This document shows, in pieces, positions 1 to 22,374 of a DNA stretch of 64,000 bases. The position numbers and the translations under genes were made by a program. Source of the stretch: the human T2T-CHM13v2.0 reference genome, Homo sapiens; NCBI RefSeq assembly GCF_009914755.1, contig NC_060928.1. One strand, given 5' to 3'. The notes under the pieces are model-generated. The model saw only the letters and a program-made list of their open reading frames with translations, did not search any database and had not been told where the DNA came from. The stretch's first letter is position 1, and the number at the start of each line of letters is the position of its first letter.

Positions 1-172
1 ATCAGGAGGTGGAGCCCTTGGGTGCCATCCTGGAGGAAGACTACCACACCATGTCTGTCTCACTTTGAAACATATAATCTGTTGAATTATTCCTTTAGTA
101 CATATCAAAGGATCAGTCATTTCCAGATGCTGTCCTAGGCTCTGGGTATTGTTGGCAAAAGAAACAAACATA

Positions 173-584
<412 letters not shown>

Positions 585-664
585 TCAGTGGGAGGAAAAT
601 GGGGTGAGGGTAGCGGGTAGAGACCACTTATCCAAACTGGTAAAACTTAGAAGGCAACTTTCCA

Positions 665-2010
<1,346 letters not shown>

Positions 2011-2014
2011 ATAT

Positions 2015-5400
<3,386 letters not shown>

Positions 5401-5686
5401 TGTGTGTGTATATATATGTCTGTGTGTGCGCATGCACATACTTTTTCTATCAAAGGTTCTGCCCCTCATGTACCTCTAGGCTCACAAGGCAGAGATGTTA
5501 AATGCCTTGTGAGTCTCTAGGTGCACAGGGGGAACAGGACATTTGATAGAAAAAGTGAAGAGATTGTAATACTACAAGGCAGTCTTTGTAGTGCTTTGTC
5601 TTTTCTCCCTGGAGACTTTGAATAGAAAAATGTTGTGACTGAGTGTTTTAGAGGTGATTATCTGGGAGCCTTTAAGGTTTTGGTAA

Positions 5687-6049
5687 ATGTCTTAGTCCCT
5701 TCAGGTTGCTATTAACAAAATATCTTAGACTCCGTCACTTATAAACAACAGAAATTTATTTATTTCTGACAGTTCTAGAGGCTGAGAAGTCCAAGGTCAA
5801 GGTGCCAACAGTGTCTGGTGAGAGCCACTTCCTCATAGACAGGGCTGTCTCACTGTGCCCTCACATGGTGAAAAGGAGCTAGCTAGCTCTCTGCAGTCTC
5901 TCCTATTTGACAGGGCACTAATCCCAATCATGCGGGCTGCACACTCATGACCCAGTCGCATCTGAAAAGGTCCCACCTCCTAATAGTATCAACTTGGGGG
6001 TTAGGATTTCAACACATGAATCTGGAGGGAACACATTCAGACCATAGCA
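5687..6049 (-). mobile_element. MaLR solo LTR (MLT1A/MSTD-like)
   Basis: tgtcttagtc...aaacaacagaaatttatt...aagtccaaggtcaaggtgcc...cattcagaccatagca, typical MaLR LTR motifs. Confidence 0.85.
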
Positions 6050-7141
6050 GTCGGTGCTTTGAATACTGGGTCTAAAATCAGGTACTCTGAATATTGGCTC
6101 TACATTCAATGTCCTGCTTTTGTCTTTTCTAGTTGTGTGAATTTGGACAAATTACTTAACTTCCCTGGGGCTCATTTACAAAACGAAACAATGTAAGGCT
6201 GAAATTAGACCATCAAGGGGCCTAATTAGTGCATATATTAAGACATTTTCCCCTTCTCTCAAAGCAGGTATAGAGAAAAGGAGGTAGGATTTGCCTAAAA
6301 GAGGTTTAGGCAAGAGAGTCTCAAGGGATCTTTGAGGGTGCAAGAGGTATAAAAATAGAAAAGATGTCTAGGGTACAAGAGGAGATGAGTCACAAAAGCG
6401 AGTAAGAAACTAGGTATATGTGCTGAGGACAGAAGGGAAGGTTGACTGGGCAGTCCTCAGAGCTGCCAAATGAAGATTCTTTACATTATCCCTGACCAGC
6501 TATTACGGTCAAGTGGCTCTAGAAATAAGCAATGGAAATGTGCCAGGACAGGAAACCAGACAAGGCATTGCGTAACTCCTCCTGTGTGTGCACACACACC
6601 AGTAAGAGTGGGTTTTTCACTTCATCTGGCCTCCCATGGCATCCCGTATATTCCTCTATTTCAGCACCTGTCAGTGTCAGGCAATCAAGTCAATGGCATT
6701 TTGGTCCACCTCCCACTACACTATGAATTTCTGAAAAACAAGGAAACAGCGTTTTATTCATCTTTGAGCCCTACCACCTAGCACAGTGAGTAGCATAAGA
6801 GACTCTCAATAAATGTTGACTTAACAAATAGATGAATAAAAGAATGAATGACATCATTCTGCTTACAGAAATCAGAGCCCTGGACTGCACAGGCACTATG
6901 AAAAACCTGCTAAATGGAGCACCCTGAACCTCCCTCCCACAGTTCTCACCCACCTGACCCATAATGTCTCTTCCATCTGACTTGCTCCCACTTTGCCTCC
7001 TCCAAATTTCTTCCCAACCTTGCAGGGAGAAGCCCAGAGCCTAAGGGTACATGCCTTGGCTTCTCTTACTTCATCTAAAATATTCCATCAGTTGACTGAT
7101 GTTAATTTGAATGTTGCTTCTGTTTTCTTCTTCAGATCTAG

Positions 7142-7446
<305 letters not shown>

Positions 7447-7639
7447 TGCAACTAGATTCTTGATGGCGACTGTGACAAAATGATGTTGCCCTCCTCAAGC
7501 TCTGCCCCGGCCTTCATTCGTTGCTTCCAGACCAATAACTGGGGTTAGCTCTCAGGGTAGTCCAGGTAGAGAAATACAGACCTGGATGCAGAAGAAAACA
7601 CCTTATGTTCAGAAAGAGCTGCAGGGCTTGGCTTGGTAT

Positions 7640-9165
<1,526 letters not shown>

Positions 9166-9179
9166 TCTCCCACCAGCAA

Positions 9180-10540
9180 ATGCCTCCATTTATTTCTTCC
9201 CTTTATATAAAATTCCTTAAAAGAATTTCCATATTCACTATCTCCACCTATTCTTTTTCCATTCTGTTTTGAAACTACTTCATCTTTCATCCTCACAATT
9301 CCACTAATACCACTATTACAAACTCACCAATGACTTCCATGTTGTAAATGCAGTGACCAATTTTAAGTCTTCCTCCTACTTGATCTGTCAGCAGCATCTG
9401 ACCTAATTGGACACTCCCTCATTGAAACAGCTTCTTCCCATGTTCCCCAAGACACCATTCTCTCTCAGTCCTCTTCCTGTCTCACTGGTTATCCTCATCC
9501 CCTTGGCTGGTTTCCTCTCATACCACAAACCACTAAATGTTAGAGGACCCAAGGCCAGTCACTGATTTCTTTTTTGCTTTTTCTTTCTACTTATACTTTC
9601 TTGTGAAGTGACCTTGTCCCATCCATAGCTTTAATTTTTGATGGACTGCCCACTTCCAAGTTTGTATCTATGGCCCCATCTTCCCTCCTGAACTCTAGAT
9701 TCCTGTATCCAGCAGCCCATTAGACAGCTCCACTCTGTGAGGCATCTCAGGCTTAACAATTCCAAAACCAAATTTTGAATCCCCTACCTCCCAACCTGTT
9801 CCTCCACCCGCTTTCTCCATCTTAGTAAAGGACAGCTTCATCCCTCCGGCTGCTCAGACTGAAGATGTTGACTCATCTTTACTTCTTTCCTTCCAGTTCC
9901 ATCCATCAGAAAATCTTGCCAGCTCTTCCTTCAAAATATTTAGAATCTGGTAAACCCTTAGTCTGAGGCACCATCATCTCTTGCTTAGATTATTGTATCC
10001 TGTTTCCTTCCACCCTTGCCCTCTTCAATTTGTTTAAAACAGCAGCCAGAATGATCCTGTCTTGCTTCTGAAAACCCTCCACAGGCTTCCCATCTCATAA
10101 AGAGAAAAAATTCAAATCCTCAGAGTGACCCATGAGGCCCACAAGGTCTACACGGCCTCTGCCTCTGATTCCCCTCTGACCTCACCTTCTGCCACTTTCC
10201 CTCCACCCTTTCCAGAACACCCCCTCTGCTTTGGACAGCTTCCTTCAGCGGGCAGCAGGCTCGCTCCCTCACTTCGGCTCCAATTGCCCTTCCCCAGAGA
10301 TACCACCCCTCTCTCTTGTATCCTCTTCATTTTTATTTTATTTTTCTGGTAGCAAGTCTTGCCAACTGACATATCATATGTTAATTTCATTGTTTGCCTC
10401 CCCCTAGCCCGGGTAGATTAAGTTCTGGAGACAGCAAGAGCTGATTTGTTCTGTACATATCTATGGCCCCAGGACTTAACACAGTGGCTGGAAGAAGATA
10501 AATACCCAGTCGATTTTTGCTGAGTGCATGCATGAATGTC
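9180..10540 (+). mobile_element. L2 LINE 3' fragment
   Basis: CT-rich; ~9370-9403 reads FLLLDLSAASD (L2/CR1 RT motif LLDLSAAFD); ends in an L2-type tail (…gctgagtgcatgcatgaat). Confidence 0.85.
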
Positions 10541-11704
10541 AAATCCTTTGCTAAGCCGAAGGTAGGGGAGAGGAAATGCAGATCGAAAATGATCAAGACC
10601 TAGCCCCAACCTTTAGGACCTCCCAGCTTAGTACCCTTCCTCAGAGCACAGAGTGTGGTCTTTCATAGGCCACAACACACAGTTACAACCAGAAAAGTGT
10701 GATTAAGCATACCAAGTAACTGACTGTTTTGCTTTTGCCCCCTCTCAACTTAGGAAATTACTTTACTTCAGAGACTTGCCAGAGATCCGTTTGCTACAGC
10801 AAATTCAGATGTTAACACCCAAAACCACATATATTTTCTGCCCTCCTGTCAACGTAAGGATTTCATATGGCTGACCTGGTCTTAAAGATAGACCAGGTCA
10901 AGAGTTTCCTAGGTGTCTGAGTGACACCACCCATGCTTCTCCCACCAACCCCCTCAAAAGTCTCCTGACCCTGCATAGGCAGATCCTGAAATTACACAAT
11001 TTACAATTCACTGACCTCTGAAAGAGCAAGTCACGCTCCAAAGAGGGCTGCAGACAAAAGCGTTCCAAGCCAGATTCCTTGTTGACACTGGTCTCTGGTT
11101 ACACCCTAGGCATAAAAAGCAAGGAAGTTCTTCAAAGCCAGTGAGTGCTTCCCTACCTTTGTCTGTCCCCAGCAGAACCTCTTCCCCCACTCCACCCTCC
11201 ACAGAGGGACTCACTATAAGTTCAACAGTGCAAGTGGTGCAAGGGGAGGCATTTTCAGGTTACACACTATATATAGCTAACTTACAGTCTCATGTTATTC
11301 GCCTTGGCGAGGGTTGAAAGCCTTAATACCTCCCAAGCATGCCCTGTTGTGAGTCCCCTTTCCTTTCCAAAACCCTTCCTTGGCCCAGACCCTGGGAGTC
11401 ACCTTTCTTCTTCCGGCCACTCCCCACTCATCCTCTTTCAGCCTCATCACAAAGCAGGGACTTTCCCATGAGTCTAGGTCTGCCCTGGAGTTGCAGGACC
11501 ACACCACGGCCAAGCAAGGCCTCTCCTTGGACCCTTGGTAGTTTCCTGAACTGTGAATGTCCTGTTTTTTCGAGGCTGGTGTCAGAGGGAACAAATGCAA
11601 GACCCGGATGAAGCATCTCCCCCACCACATGCCAACAGCCAGTTCCGCCCCTCCGCCCGGACACCTGCCCTGTTAGCCTTGCCATTCTTCTCAACACAAC
11701 TTTC

Positions 11705-12515
11705 TGAAACAGGAAAAGTTCCCTTGTCCTCCTCAAAGGGTGTGTGAAGAGGGCGTGGCTCACTTCTTCGGTGCCTGCTACTCAGACCCCTAGTGGGAGC
11801 AGGCAGATGGGCAGGTCACGGGGAGCGTGGGTTCCAACCCCACAGCAGCATCTAGGGTTGAGTCTTTACAGCTCCTAAGCCCCAGTGGGCGTGTGTTACA
11901 GTGCGCTCTTTCAGCTTTGCTATCTGCCGGCAGCTTGTGTTCATCACCTCAGTTAGACCCTCTGCGTTATCACAAGGGCAGAGGGCTTTCTGTATCCCGG
12001 GTTCTTGCCCTAGTGCACCAGAAAAATTGTATCATGTGTGGGCTTAGAGAATGAGTGCAAGGTTTTATTGAATGCTGGAGGTGGCTCTCAGCAGATAGAT
12101 GGGGAGTCAGAAGGGGGATGGAGTGGGAAGGTGGTCTTCCCCTGGAGTCGGGCCGCTCAGCAGCCAGGCTCTCCTCCGACCACCCTCTGCGTCATTCTGC
12201 TGTTGATGGTCTGTCAGCGTCTATGTGTTCTTCTGCCAGTGTGTTCCTGTCGATGTCCAGCCACTTGTGTGTGCTTCTGCCAGTGTGTTCCTCTTGATGT
12301 CCAGCTATTAGTGTATGTGCCCGCTAAGGTCTTGGGGTTTTTATAGGCACAGGATTGGGGGCGTGACGGGCCAGGGTGGACTTGGAAAATGCAACATTTG
12401 GGCAAGGAAACAGGAGTGCCTGTCCTCACCTAGGTCCGTGGGCTCAGGCACAAGGGTGGAGCCCTTGTCAGGGACCCTGCCTTTCTCTACCCATCCCTGT
12501 ACCCCTCCCATATCA
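11705..12515 (-). mobile_element. LTR1-like solo LTR (ERV1 class)
   Basis: TG...CA ends (tgaaacagg...atatca); minus strand has 'atcctgtgcctataaaaacc' TATA and 'caataaaaccttgcactca' poly(A) motifs; homologous to the copy at 54082-55525; no PBS next to it. Confidence 0.85.
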
Positions 12516-13436
12516 CTTCCACACAGCCCTGGACCTGGGCTAAGACATAGCACTATTTGCCATTCCTAGTTGGTGCTGTGGGGTTCATCTAGGCCAACTT
12601 TATCATTTTCACAGAGGAGAAGACCAAAGCCCAGAAAGTGGAAGCCATGTGTTCAAGGTCAAAGAACCTGTTCAGGTCAGAGCTGGGGCAGGAATCCCTG
12701 ACTTAGACACCCCAACCAGGGCTCCTCTGCAGCACCTACCTCTTCACTCATGTTCCTTGGAGTTTTTCCATTCCTGGTTCTTGCTCTTCTTGTCCCACTT
12801 TTGAATCTTTCTTGGAGTTACTGCTTCCAGGGTTTCCATCCAGGCCCAACTTACAGAAGCAGCTCAGTAGCTTCCTCCTGTTAGGATTCAGCCCCCAACC
12901 CTGTTCCCTCCCAGCATCCTCAGCCCACGTTCTGGGTTCAGCCTCCTCCACTGCTCCCTGCTTGCTTTCCCATGCATCCTATTGTGAAGAACTTTTCGTC
13001 CTTACAGCACGTCTATGTACAGTACCTCACTGATGACTACAAAAAATCTCATGAAGTCATCCAGGGAGATGGATTATTTTCTTCATTTTTACAGATGCAG
13101 AGATTGAGATGCCAGGTGAGAGCGAATAAGTGGTGGGACCTGCGCTGGGATCTTTAAGCCCATCACGATTTTCAAAGGTCTTCTATTCCCAGTGTCTTCT
13201 CCTTCCGTGGAGTGGTCCCCAGGACACCAGCATCACCTGACTTCTTCCTCTACACATTCATTTCCTAAAGTCCATTATCATATGTCAATTTTCAAGTTTC
13301 CAAATGTATATGATACTTTTTCCCAGGCATCTCCATGCTCTCCTGGCACCTCAGGCATCTTAAGACCTCTCTGGGTATGCTTGCCTCCCTCACTAGGGCA
13401 TGTGGTCAGAGTTTAAGGGTTAAGATTCTGAAATAA

Positions 13437-13808
<372 letters not shown>

Positions 13809-13867
13809 CTATTTCACCTCTGAGAACCTTAGTCTCTTCATTTGAAAGTTGAGAGTATGATTATCTA

Positions 13868-14146
<279 letters not shown>

Positions 14147-14569
14147 TTAAATATTCGCTGTCATCATCAACATCATCGATATCTCTTGCCTTCTAACTTC
14201 TAACTGTGCCCCCGCCCCCAAGCATGCCCTCCCACACACATAACTAATTTCCCAGGCCACCTACAAGTTATCTTTCACACATACACATATGCCTAGAAGA
14301 AAAATTTAGGAAATTTTAGGAAAAATTTTACTCCCATATAGAGATAAGCAAAAGAATTTTTTAAATCACTAAAGTTTCACTTGTACCCTCCCATCCCTCA
14401 TTGGCCACCCACTCCAGAAACCCCAGTTGCAAAATTCTGATCAGGCTTGTGATTAGGAAATATATCACTTCCCAGGTAAAAATCCAACAATCTCCCACCT
14501 AGGAAGCAGGCTAGGCTCTAAGTTTACCAAGCTCCTTAATAGGGCCCAAACAGAGCAGATCCTTTCTGC

Positions 14570-14820
14570 AAAAACAGGTTAAGAGACTGGACTCTGAGAT
14601 TCAAATCCTGCTTCTACCACTTACTAGCTGTGCAACTGAGGGTAAGTAGCATAGCCTTGCTCTGCCTTGATTTTCTCTGGATTAAAATGGGGATGAAATT
14701 GGACCCAAAGTTTTTTTGTTGTGAGAATTTAATGAGATCATCTATGTAAAATAGTTAGCAGAGCAGCTGCCTGTAATAAACTCTCAACAAGTGCTAGTCA
14801 CTCTTATTATTATTAGTTTT
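14570..14820 (+). mobile_element. MIR
   Basis: ttcaaatcctgcttctaccacttactagctgtg...aaaatggggatg core and ttattattatt tail. Confidence 0.75.
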
Positions 14821-15357
14821 CATATGCTTTTTCCCTTTGCCCAAACTAGTTCCACAGGATCCCGTCACCACCACTTCCTCCTCACTTCCTGTTTATCTCG
14901 TTATTTGCAAAACACCTCCTCAATGAAGCCTTTCTGGATTGGCTGCCCTAAGTGTGGCAGGTACACACCCCTTCTACTGCCCTTTCCACCCTGGGCTACC
15001 TGCATTTGTTTGTTTGGAGTCCTCCTTTACTCTCACACAAGCATCACGAAGAAGACATATCTCAAACCACTGTAAAGGAGAAGAGGGATCAAAAAGAAAT
15101 TCTGATGCCCGTGCTGAAAACTCCCTAGACCTTAACTCAAGCCTCAGTGTGATCAAGAAGCATCAGACTGACCCATGCCTCCTCAGTACTATCTTTCCAA
15201 TAATTATTTTAGAATATTTAAGAACCCCTATTGATGTATTACATCTGCCTCCAGCTCCACCCCTCAATCAAGAATCCGTTTAAGGGTAGGTGCTGTTTTG
15301 GCCACATGTTTTTCTGCCATTGTCTTTTGAAATGGTTTTTTAAAGAAATTAAATTGT

Positions 15358-15680
15358 GGCTGGGTGCAGTGGCTCATGCCTGTAATCCCAGAACTTTGGG
15401 AAGCTGAGGCCAGAGGATCACTTGAGCTCAGGAGTTTGAGACCAGCCTGGGCAACATAGGGAGATGTGGATTCTACAAAAAATTTTAAAACTTAGCTAGG
15501 TGTGGTGATGCGCACCTGTAGTCCCAACTACTCGGGGGGCTGAGTGTGGGGTCCTGAGGTGTAAGGATTGCTTGAGCCCAGAGGTCAAGGCTGCAGTGAA
15601 CCGTGCTCATGCCACTGTACTCCCGCCTCCACAACAGAACAAGGCCCCATCTCAAAAAAAAAAAAATTAAAAAAATTAAA
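15358..15680 (+). mobile_element. Alu (AluJ)
   Basis: Alu dimer with J-type 'ggattgcttgagccc' and 'gtcaaggctgcagtg'. Confidence 0.92.
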
Positions 15681-16397
15681 TTATTGACTCCTATGAATTT
15701 GTTTATCTGCTCTATTCTGCTTTAGCCTGGTCTCTCAATGAGCCACAGTTGCCTTGGAAGAGCATACTGTACAGGCGGAAGAACCACAAAAGCTAAAGCT
15801 AAAGACAGCCGTAAAAGCATAAGCCTGCATCTAACAGTGACAGGCTTATAAAGCACACTCACACAACACAAATCTTGGCCCCAAAGACCAGGAAATTTTA
15901 TTTGCCATTAACCGTGCTCTTTCCAGGAATTGGATCCTCATGGCAAAAGAGAGAGTTGTTTTCCCACACCACCTCCTCCTCCCCACCCCCCACCCCCCAA
16001 CCCCCGTCATTCCCACCAAATTCATACTTTCTCTCTGTCTCCTACAAACAGGGCCATAGTTCACATAAACAACTCAAGGCAAAGATGAAGGAATTGCAGC
16101 GTCTCCTGGAATTGATACTTCTGCATTTTACCAAACAATAAATACATGTCATATCCTCTTTTGTTTGTCATGGCACTAATAAGGGAGGAAAATCTCAATT
16201 CTGCTAGTTTCGATCTGGAATACAAACGACAGGCGCCAGGCTTCCCATCTCACAATGAGTGCCTTGGAGAGATGGTGGTGTGCCAGGGGTGGGGGAAGAG
16301 CTGTTTTTAAAGAACCCAAACAAAAATTGCAGAAACTGCAAAACTCAAATGTTTGCAGTATCTAAACTGGTGGAGAAACTGTGGGGTAGAAACTTAC

Positions 16398-16575
16398 AGT
16401 CTGCACTAACAAGTACCTGAGTGGCCCGGAAGTACAGAGCTCTCCGAGCTGAATCCTGTGAACTGCAGGTGCAGGTTACAGACGGGAGGTTCGGCTGTGG
16501 GAATGTGCCAAAGACATAACAACACTCAGTTGACAGGAACCAAGTTTACCATCACAGCCCAAACTTAAATACAGG
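16398..16575 (-). promoter_or_regulatory. Candidate alternative promoter / first exon (or enhancer)
   Basis: Repeat-free, locally CpG-richer island; TATTTAA on minus strand at 16571-16565, ETS motif CCGGAAGT at 16426-16433, donor ACT|gtaagt at 16398/16397, G4-like tract at 15981-16005. Confidence 0.35.
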
Positions 16576-17063
16576 AGCCGGCAAATTCCATAGGATTTAG
16601 GCATAAAAGAAGAAATGCCATGTTTTTCCATATGCGTTCATTCAAATACACATAATACCGTGTATGGAAAGGTGGCATGATGTTTGCTTTTCACTGAGTG
16701 CATTTTCATGATAGAGTTAACTCTTCAGAGACAAAATTCTGTGTATAATTTAGTTCTCCAAACATTATATCAGAATCAGTCCGATCTTCTTCAAAATAAA
16801 AACAGATCTGTTTTGTTTTAGGAATGTTTACAAAAACTTGTATATTTAAAATACAAGTATAAAATGAAGCAGTCAGAAATAAACCACCACTCAAACAACC
16901 CCATCCTAACGTAGATCACAGTTTTGCCTATTTTAATCTCTAGATTGACTTGTAGTGGTGGAATGAATTGAGGAAGTTGAGAAAGGAACTAATATATTCA
17001 TAAGCCTTTACAATATGTAGGCACCATTGAGATACTTTACAAACACCCACAGCAGCCCCATAA

Positions 17064-17416
<353 letters not shown>

Positions 17417-18276
17417 CTGAGCTAGGTATTATTATTCCTGTTTTACAGATGACACTGAAGCTCAGAGAAACCAGGTAACTTACCCAAGATCACACAGCTA
17501 GTGAATGGCAAAGACAAGATTCAAATCTTTATATTTGAAATTTTTCCTCCCCATGTTTAGAGAGAACCCTTGTACATCACTGGGTATCCCAGAGCATATG
17601 ATGAGAATCTTGGTACTATTTAAACCCTTGTTAAAATGACATGGTTTGTAGTCAGCTTTTACTATTCATTAGATAATAATTTCTGGGGAGATATTTATAT
17701 ATTGTATTTTTTATGTGTCCAATTTTAACCTTAGAATTTATCATTGAATTTGCAATACTTTTAAAATATCTGCTCTAATATAAAGACATTTTTACATTTT
17801 CCTTTTTTTTTATGGCATAGTTCTAGAATTGAAAGTGAAAAATTCTGTTTCAGCATGTTCTCTGCACCTCCAAATTTTCTTGGCTATTACCAGTAGTTCC
17901 TTATACGCAAACATATGAGAAATCTCTGAAGAGCAAATTCAGTTTCGAAAAACAGCTAATGATATCGAAGAAAAGTAGGCACTGGTGGATACTTTCTAGA
18001 AGACAGTATTAATACAGCAATACTTTAGGAATAATGATGAATCTGTTTAAAGGCAAAACATCACTAACCTAATCAGATCACTTAGAGAAATAAGTGATTT
18101 TCTCTGTCTTATCCTGAGATCATATAGCCATTTAACCTATCTTCAAACAAACAAAAATTTTTAAACATTTTCTATCCTTTAAGAAAATCTTCTTTGCTTG
18201 GCTAAATGACAATGTTCAAGAAATGCCTGCCACAGAAGCATAAAAAATCCTTGGCAACATTCCAGAAGAAATTCAC

Positions 18277-18352
18277 CCTGCATAATGTGTTCCAGCAAAC
18301 GCTCAATAGCTTTCTGGTGAACCTGCTGGCTCAGTGTACACTTGAACAGGAT
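18277..18352 (-). other. Candidate 76-nt exon
   Basis: Strong acceptor gtttttcttttgttctctctag|ATCC, donor AGG|gtgaat, within a ~2-kb repeat-free block. Confidence 0.35.
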
Positions 18353-19754
18353 CTAGAGAGAACAAAAGAAAAACTGATAGACATTTTCCTTTTTGTCAGT
18401 CTGGTGAAGTAGCCCTCAGCTCATTTTAGCAAACTTCCCCAGCTTGGAAAAATGAGCATGTGTATGGCTAACTTACGAACCCTGCCCTGGAGTCTGGTGC
18501 ACACGCTGTTGTACTACTTTTGATTCCCTGAAATTCAAGTATAATTATGTTGTTCGTCTTTTCATCCAATAAAATGTGCATTAGCATTTGGTTCACTTTG
18601 GAGTGTATTTGTTGAGATGAATCTATTCTTTCAAATGACAAGTTAGTGCTTTCATAATGAGAACACTTTATATAAAACTCTTAATATTAAAAAGAGGTAG
18701 ACTGGAGGGACAGACTTCTTTAAAACATCTCAAAAGTGTGTTCGTAATTGGCTGAAGCTATTAATTCTCTACATATTTATGCAAAAATGTCGCCAAGTAC
18801 AGAAATAAAGACTTTAAAACGAGATCCATTTCCCTTCTATAAAGTGAAATAGATGCATACTTTTAATATTTATGTCCCTTTGCAACTTTTTCTCAGGATG
18901 AACATTTCCTGCTCCAAAAATAAAATGGTTGGACATTTTACAGGTCTATTAAACTGTAGTGATACATTTGGCCCAAATTCTCTCCTTGGACATGGTGGGA
19001 GGGAGAGTTGGGTGGAGCGGGCACAGTGTGTGTATTAAAAGCCTGTTTGACCTTAAATGCCCTGAATTGAGGGCGGGGAGGATGGTTAGGAAGGTAAAAA
19101 TTTTTTCCATTCATTGTTGTAGAACAGCACATAGTTCTGAAATAAACCCATTTTGCAGGAGAGAAATTCTAGATCCAACTGTCAGGCCTAGGAGAGAATT
19201 TACACCCTGGGGAAAGAGCTGAAGGCACTAGAACATGCCTCTATCACCCTCCCATCACCAGTCAGCCAGCCTGTTTTATACAAGGCCTTTTTCTGATTCC
19301 TTGGGGCCAGCAGCAGGGCCACTTGGAGGAGTGAGCGGGCCGACCATTGGCTCAAGGTTTAAAATGTAGTCTTTGGATGGTCTCATACAGACACGCCAAC
19401 AAGAGTCAAGGGGAAGGATTCATCACACAACTTTAACAGCTAAATATAAACATTAAAAATATACTGTGCCTGTGCTGGCTGTAACATTCTTTTGGCTTTC
19501 TTCATTTTTTACTATGCTGGAAACTTCAAAAAATGGAAAGACCCAGCTCTCTGGACCTCTGACTACCAGGAAGTCATGTGGTCTATTAGAAGAAGGCAGG
19601 ATATTTACAAAATCCTCAACTGCTTTCTGCAGAAGAAAACTGGGCTTCCAGACTCCTAGTCACCAGAGTAAAACACCAAATACAAAACCAACACAAAACA
19701 TGTCAAACTAAGGATACCTTCGACTGGCTCCTTCATCCTGGTCTCCTCTCTCTC

Positions 19755-20060
19755 TCCAAAGGTTAACCATGATCATGAATTCAATGTGTTTTCTTCCAGA
19801 GCTTTAAAAGGAAACACAGACACACATACTAAAAATAATATTATGTGTGGGTTTATAAAACATATTTTGTATAATGGTGTATATATCCTAAAAGTTGCTT
19901 TAGTCACTAAATAATTTTTGAGACCTATCCATGTAACTACACATAGATTTAGTTGATTACTTCTGAATGCTGAATAATATTCCACCATTTGAAACCACCA
20001 CTTTCATCTAGCCATTCCTCCTATGGATGGACATTGGATATTTGTCTGTTGATGATCTGA
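19755..20060 (-). mobile_element. Old L1ME-like 3' fragment
   Basis: tttttgagacctatccatg...gctgaataatattcca...gatggacattgg, typical antisense L1M 3' end. Confidence 0.65.
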
Positions 20061-20317
20061 TGTATTCTTCTGACTTCCCCTTCTCTGATTGTACCGGATT
20101 ACTCCTTAGTTGTTTCATGTAAGTGAGATCTGTCTCCCAGACCAGAAGGTAAACTTCCAGACCTCCATGTCCAACATGCATTACAGAATAATTTTTTGAA
20201 TGAATGAACTTTGTGTTTTTGACTGCCTCGTAGACTAATAGTAGCTTTGGATTCAACAGAGGCTCAGCAAATTCTATTTATTTATTTATCTTTTTCCCTT
20301 TTTAAAAGAGAAGTTTT

Positions 20318-20638
<321 letters not shown>

Positions 20639-20707
20639 TTAAATCAGGTTCATCTAAAATCCACTTCCTTTCCCAGTCTAGATTTATGATAGTCAACATC
20701 TCCTTAA

Positions 20708-21656
<949 letters not shown>

Positions 21657-22374
21657 AATCCATTTTCATTTATTTCCCTGGAAACTTTACTCTCTGACAC
21701 TTTAGGCTTCCTGTAAAACAGCAAAAGTGCCCTTTCTAGGGACAAAGGGAAACACGCAAAGTCTCCACATCCACTCACCAGTGATCCTCCAGACCATTCA
21801 ACCAGACCCTGGGTTATGTTATAAAGAGCTATCTGAAACCGTGAAAACCTTGCCAAAGAGACTTAACCATTACGTTGTGTGTTAGAGGGAGCAGAATATG
21901 TGAAAGTTGTATGAAAGCTGCAGAAGTAGATGGGTACTTAGGGACATCCCTGTGCCTGTGTTATTCCATCTTTCCATCTTGTGACATCATTTTTATTCTT
22001 CCCTAGTCTGGGACACTCTCAGCAGCAGTTCTTGGCTTTTTTGTGTGTCGTTGTTGTTGTTGTTTTGAGTCTTATCCCTTTTCTCTGGCCGGCATTCTTC
22101 CAAAATACAAATATGCTCATATACAAGCAATTCTGCAAAGAATTTCGAGGACATGAAACATCTCCTAGGAGAGAGCCCAGGTAAAGAAGATCTAAACTAA
22201 GGTAGGAGTCCAGATATTTGCAGAAACAATAAACTTGACGGGTGTAATAAACATTGATAGTAGCTGCAAAATAAAGCCAAACTTCATATTTGAGTATTGG
22301 AAAAAAGAACTGCTTATCCTGGGTTGGTCTTTTCAGATACATTCGTCTCTATATGGATAACAAAAGTAACCATA

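Noticed and set aside
7136-7141. Possible 6-nt plus-strand microexon (ttcttcttcag|ATCTAG|gtgaaa) with an upstream UGC
   Set aside because: Weak donor and no other support for a plus-strand gene
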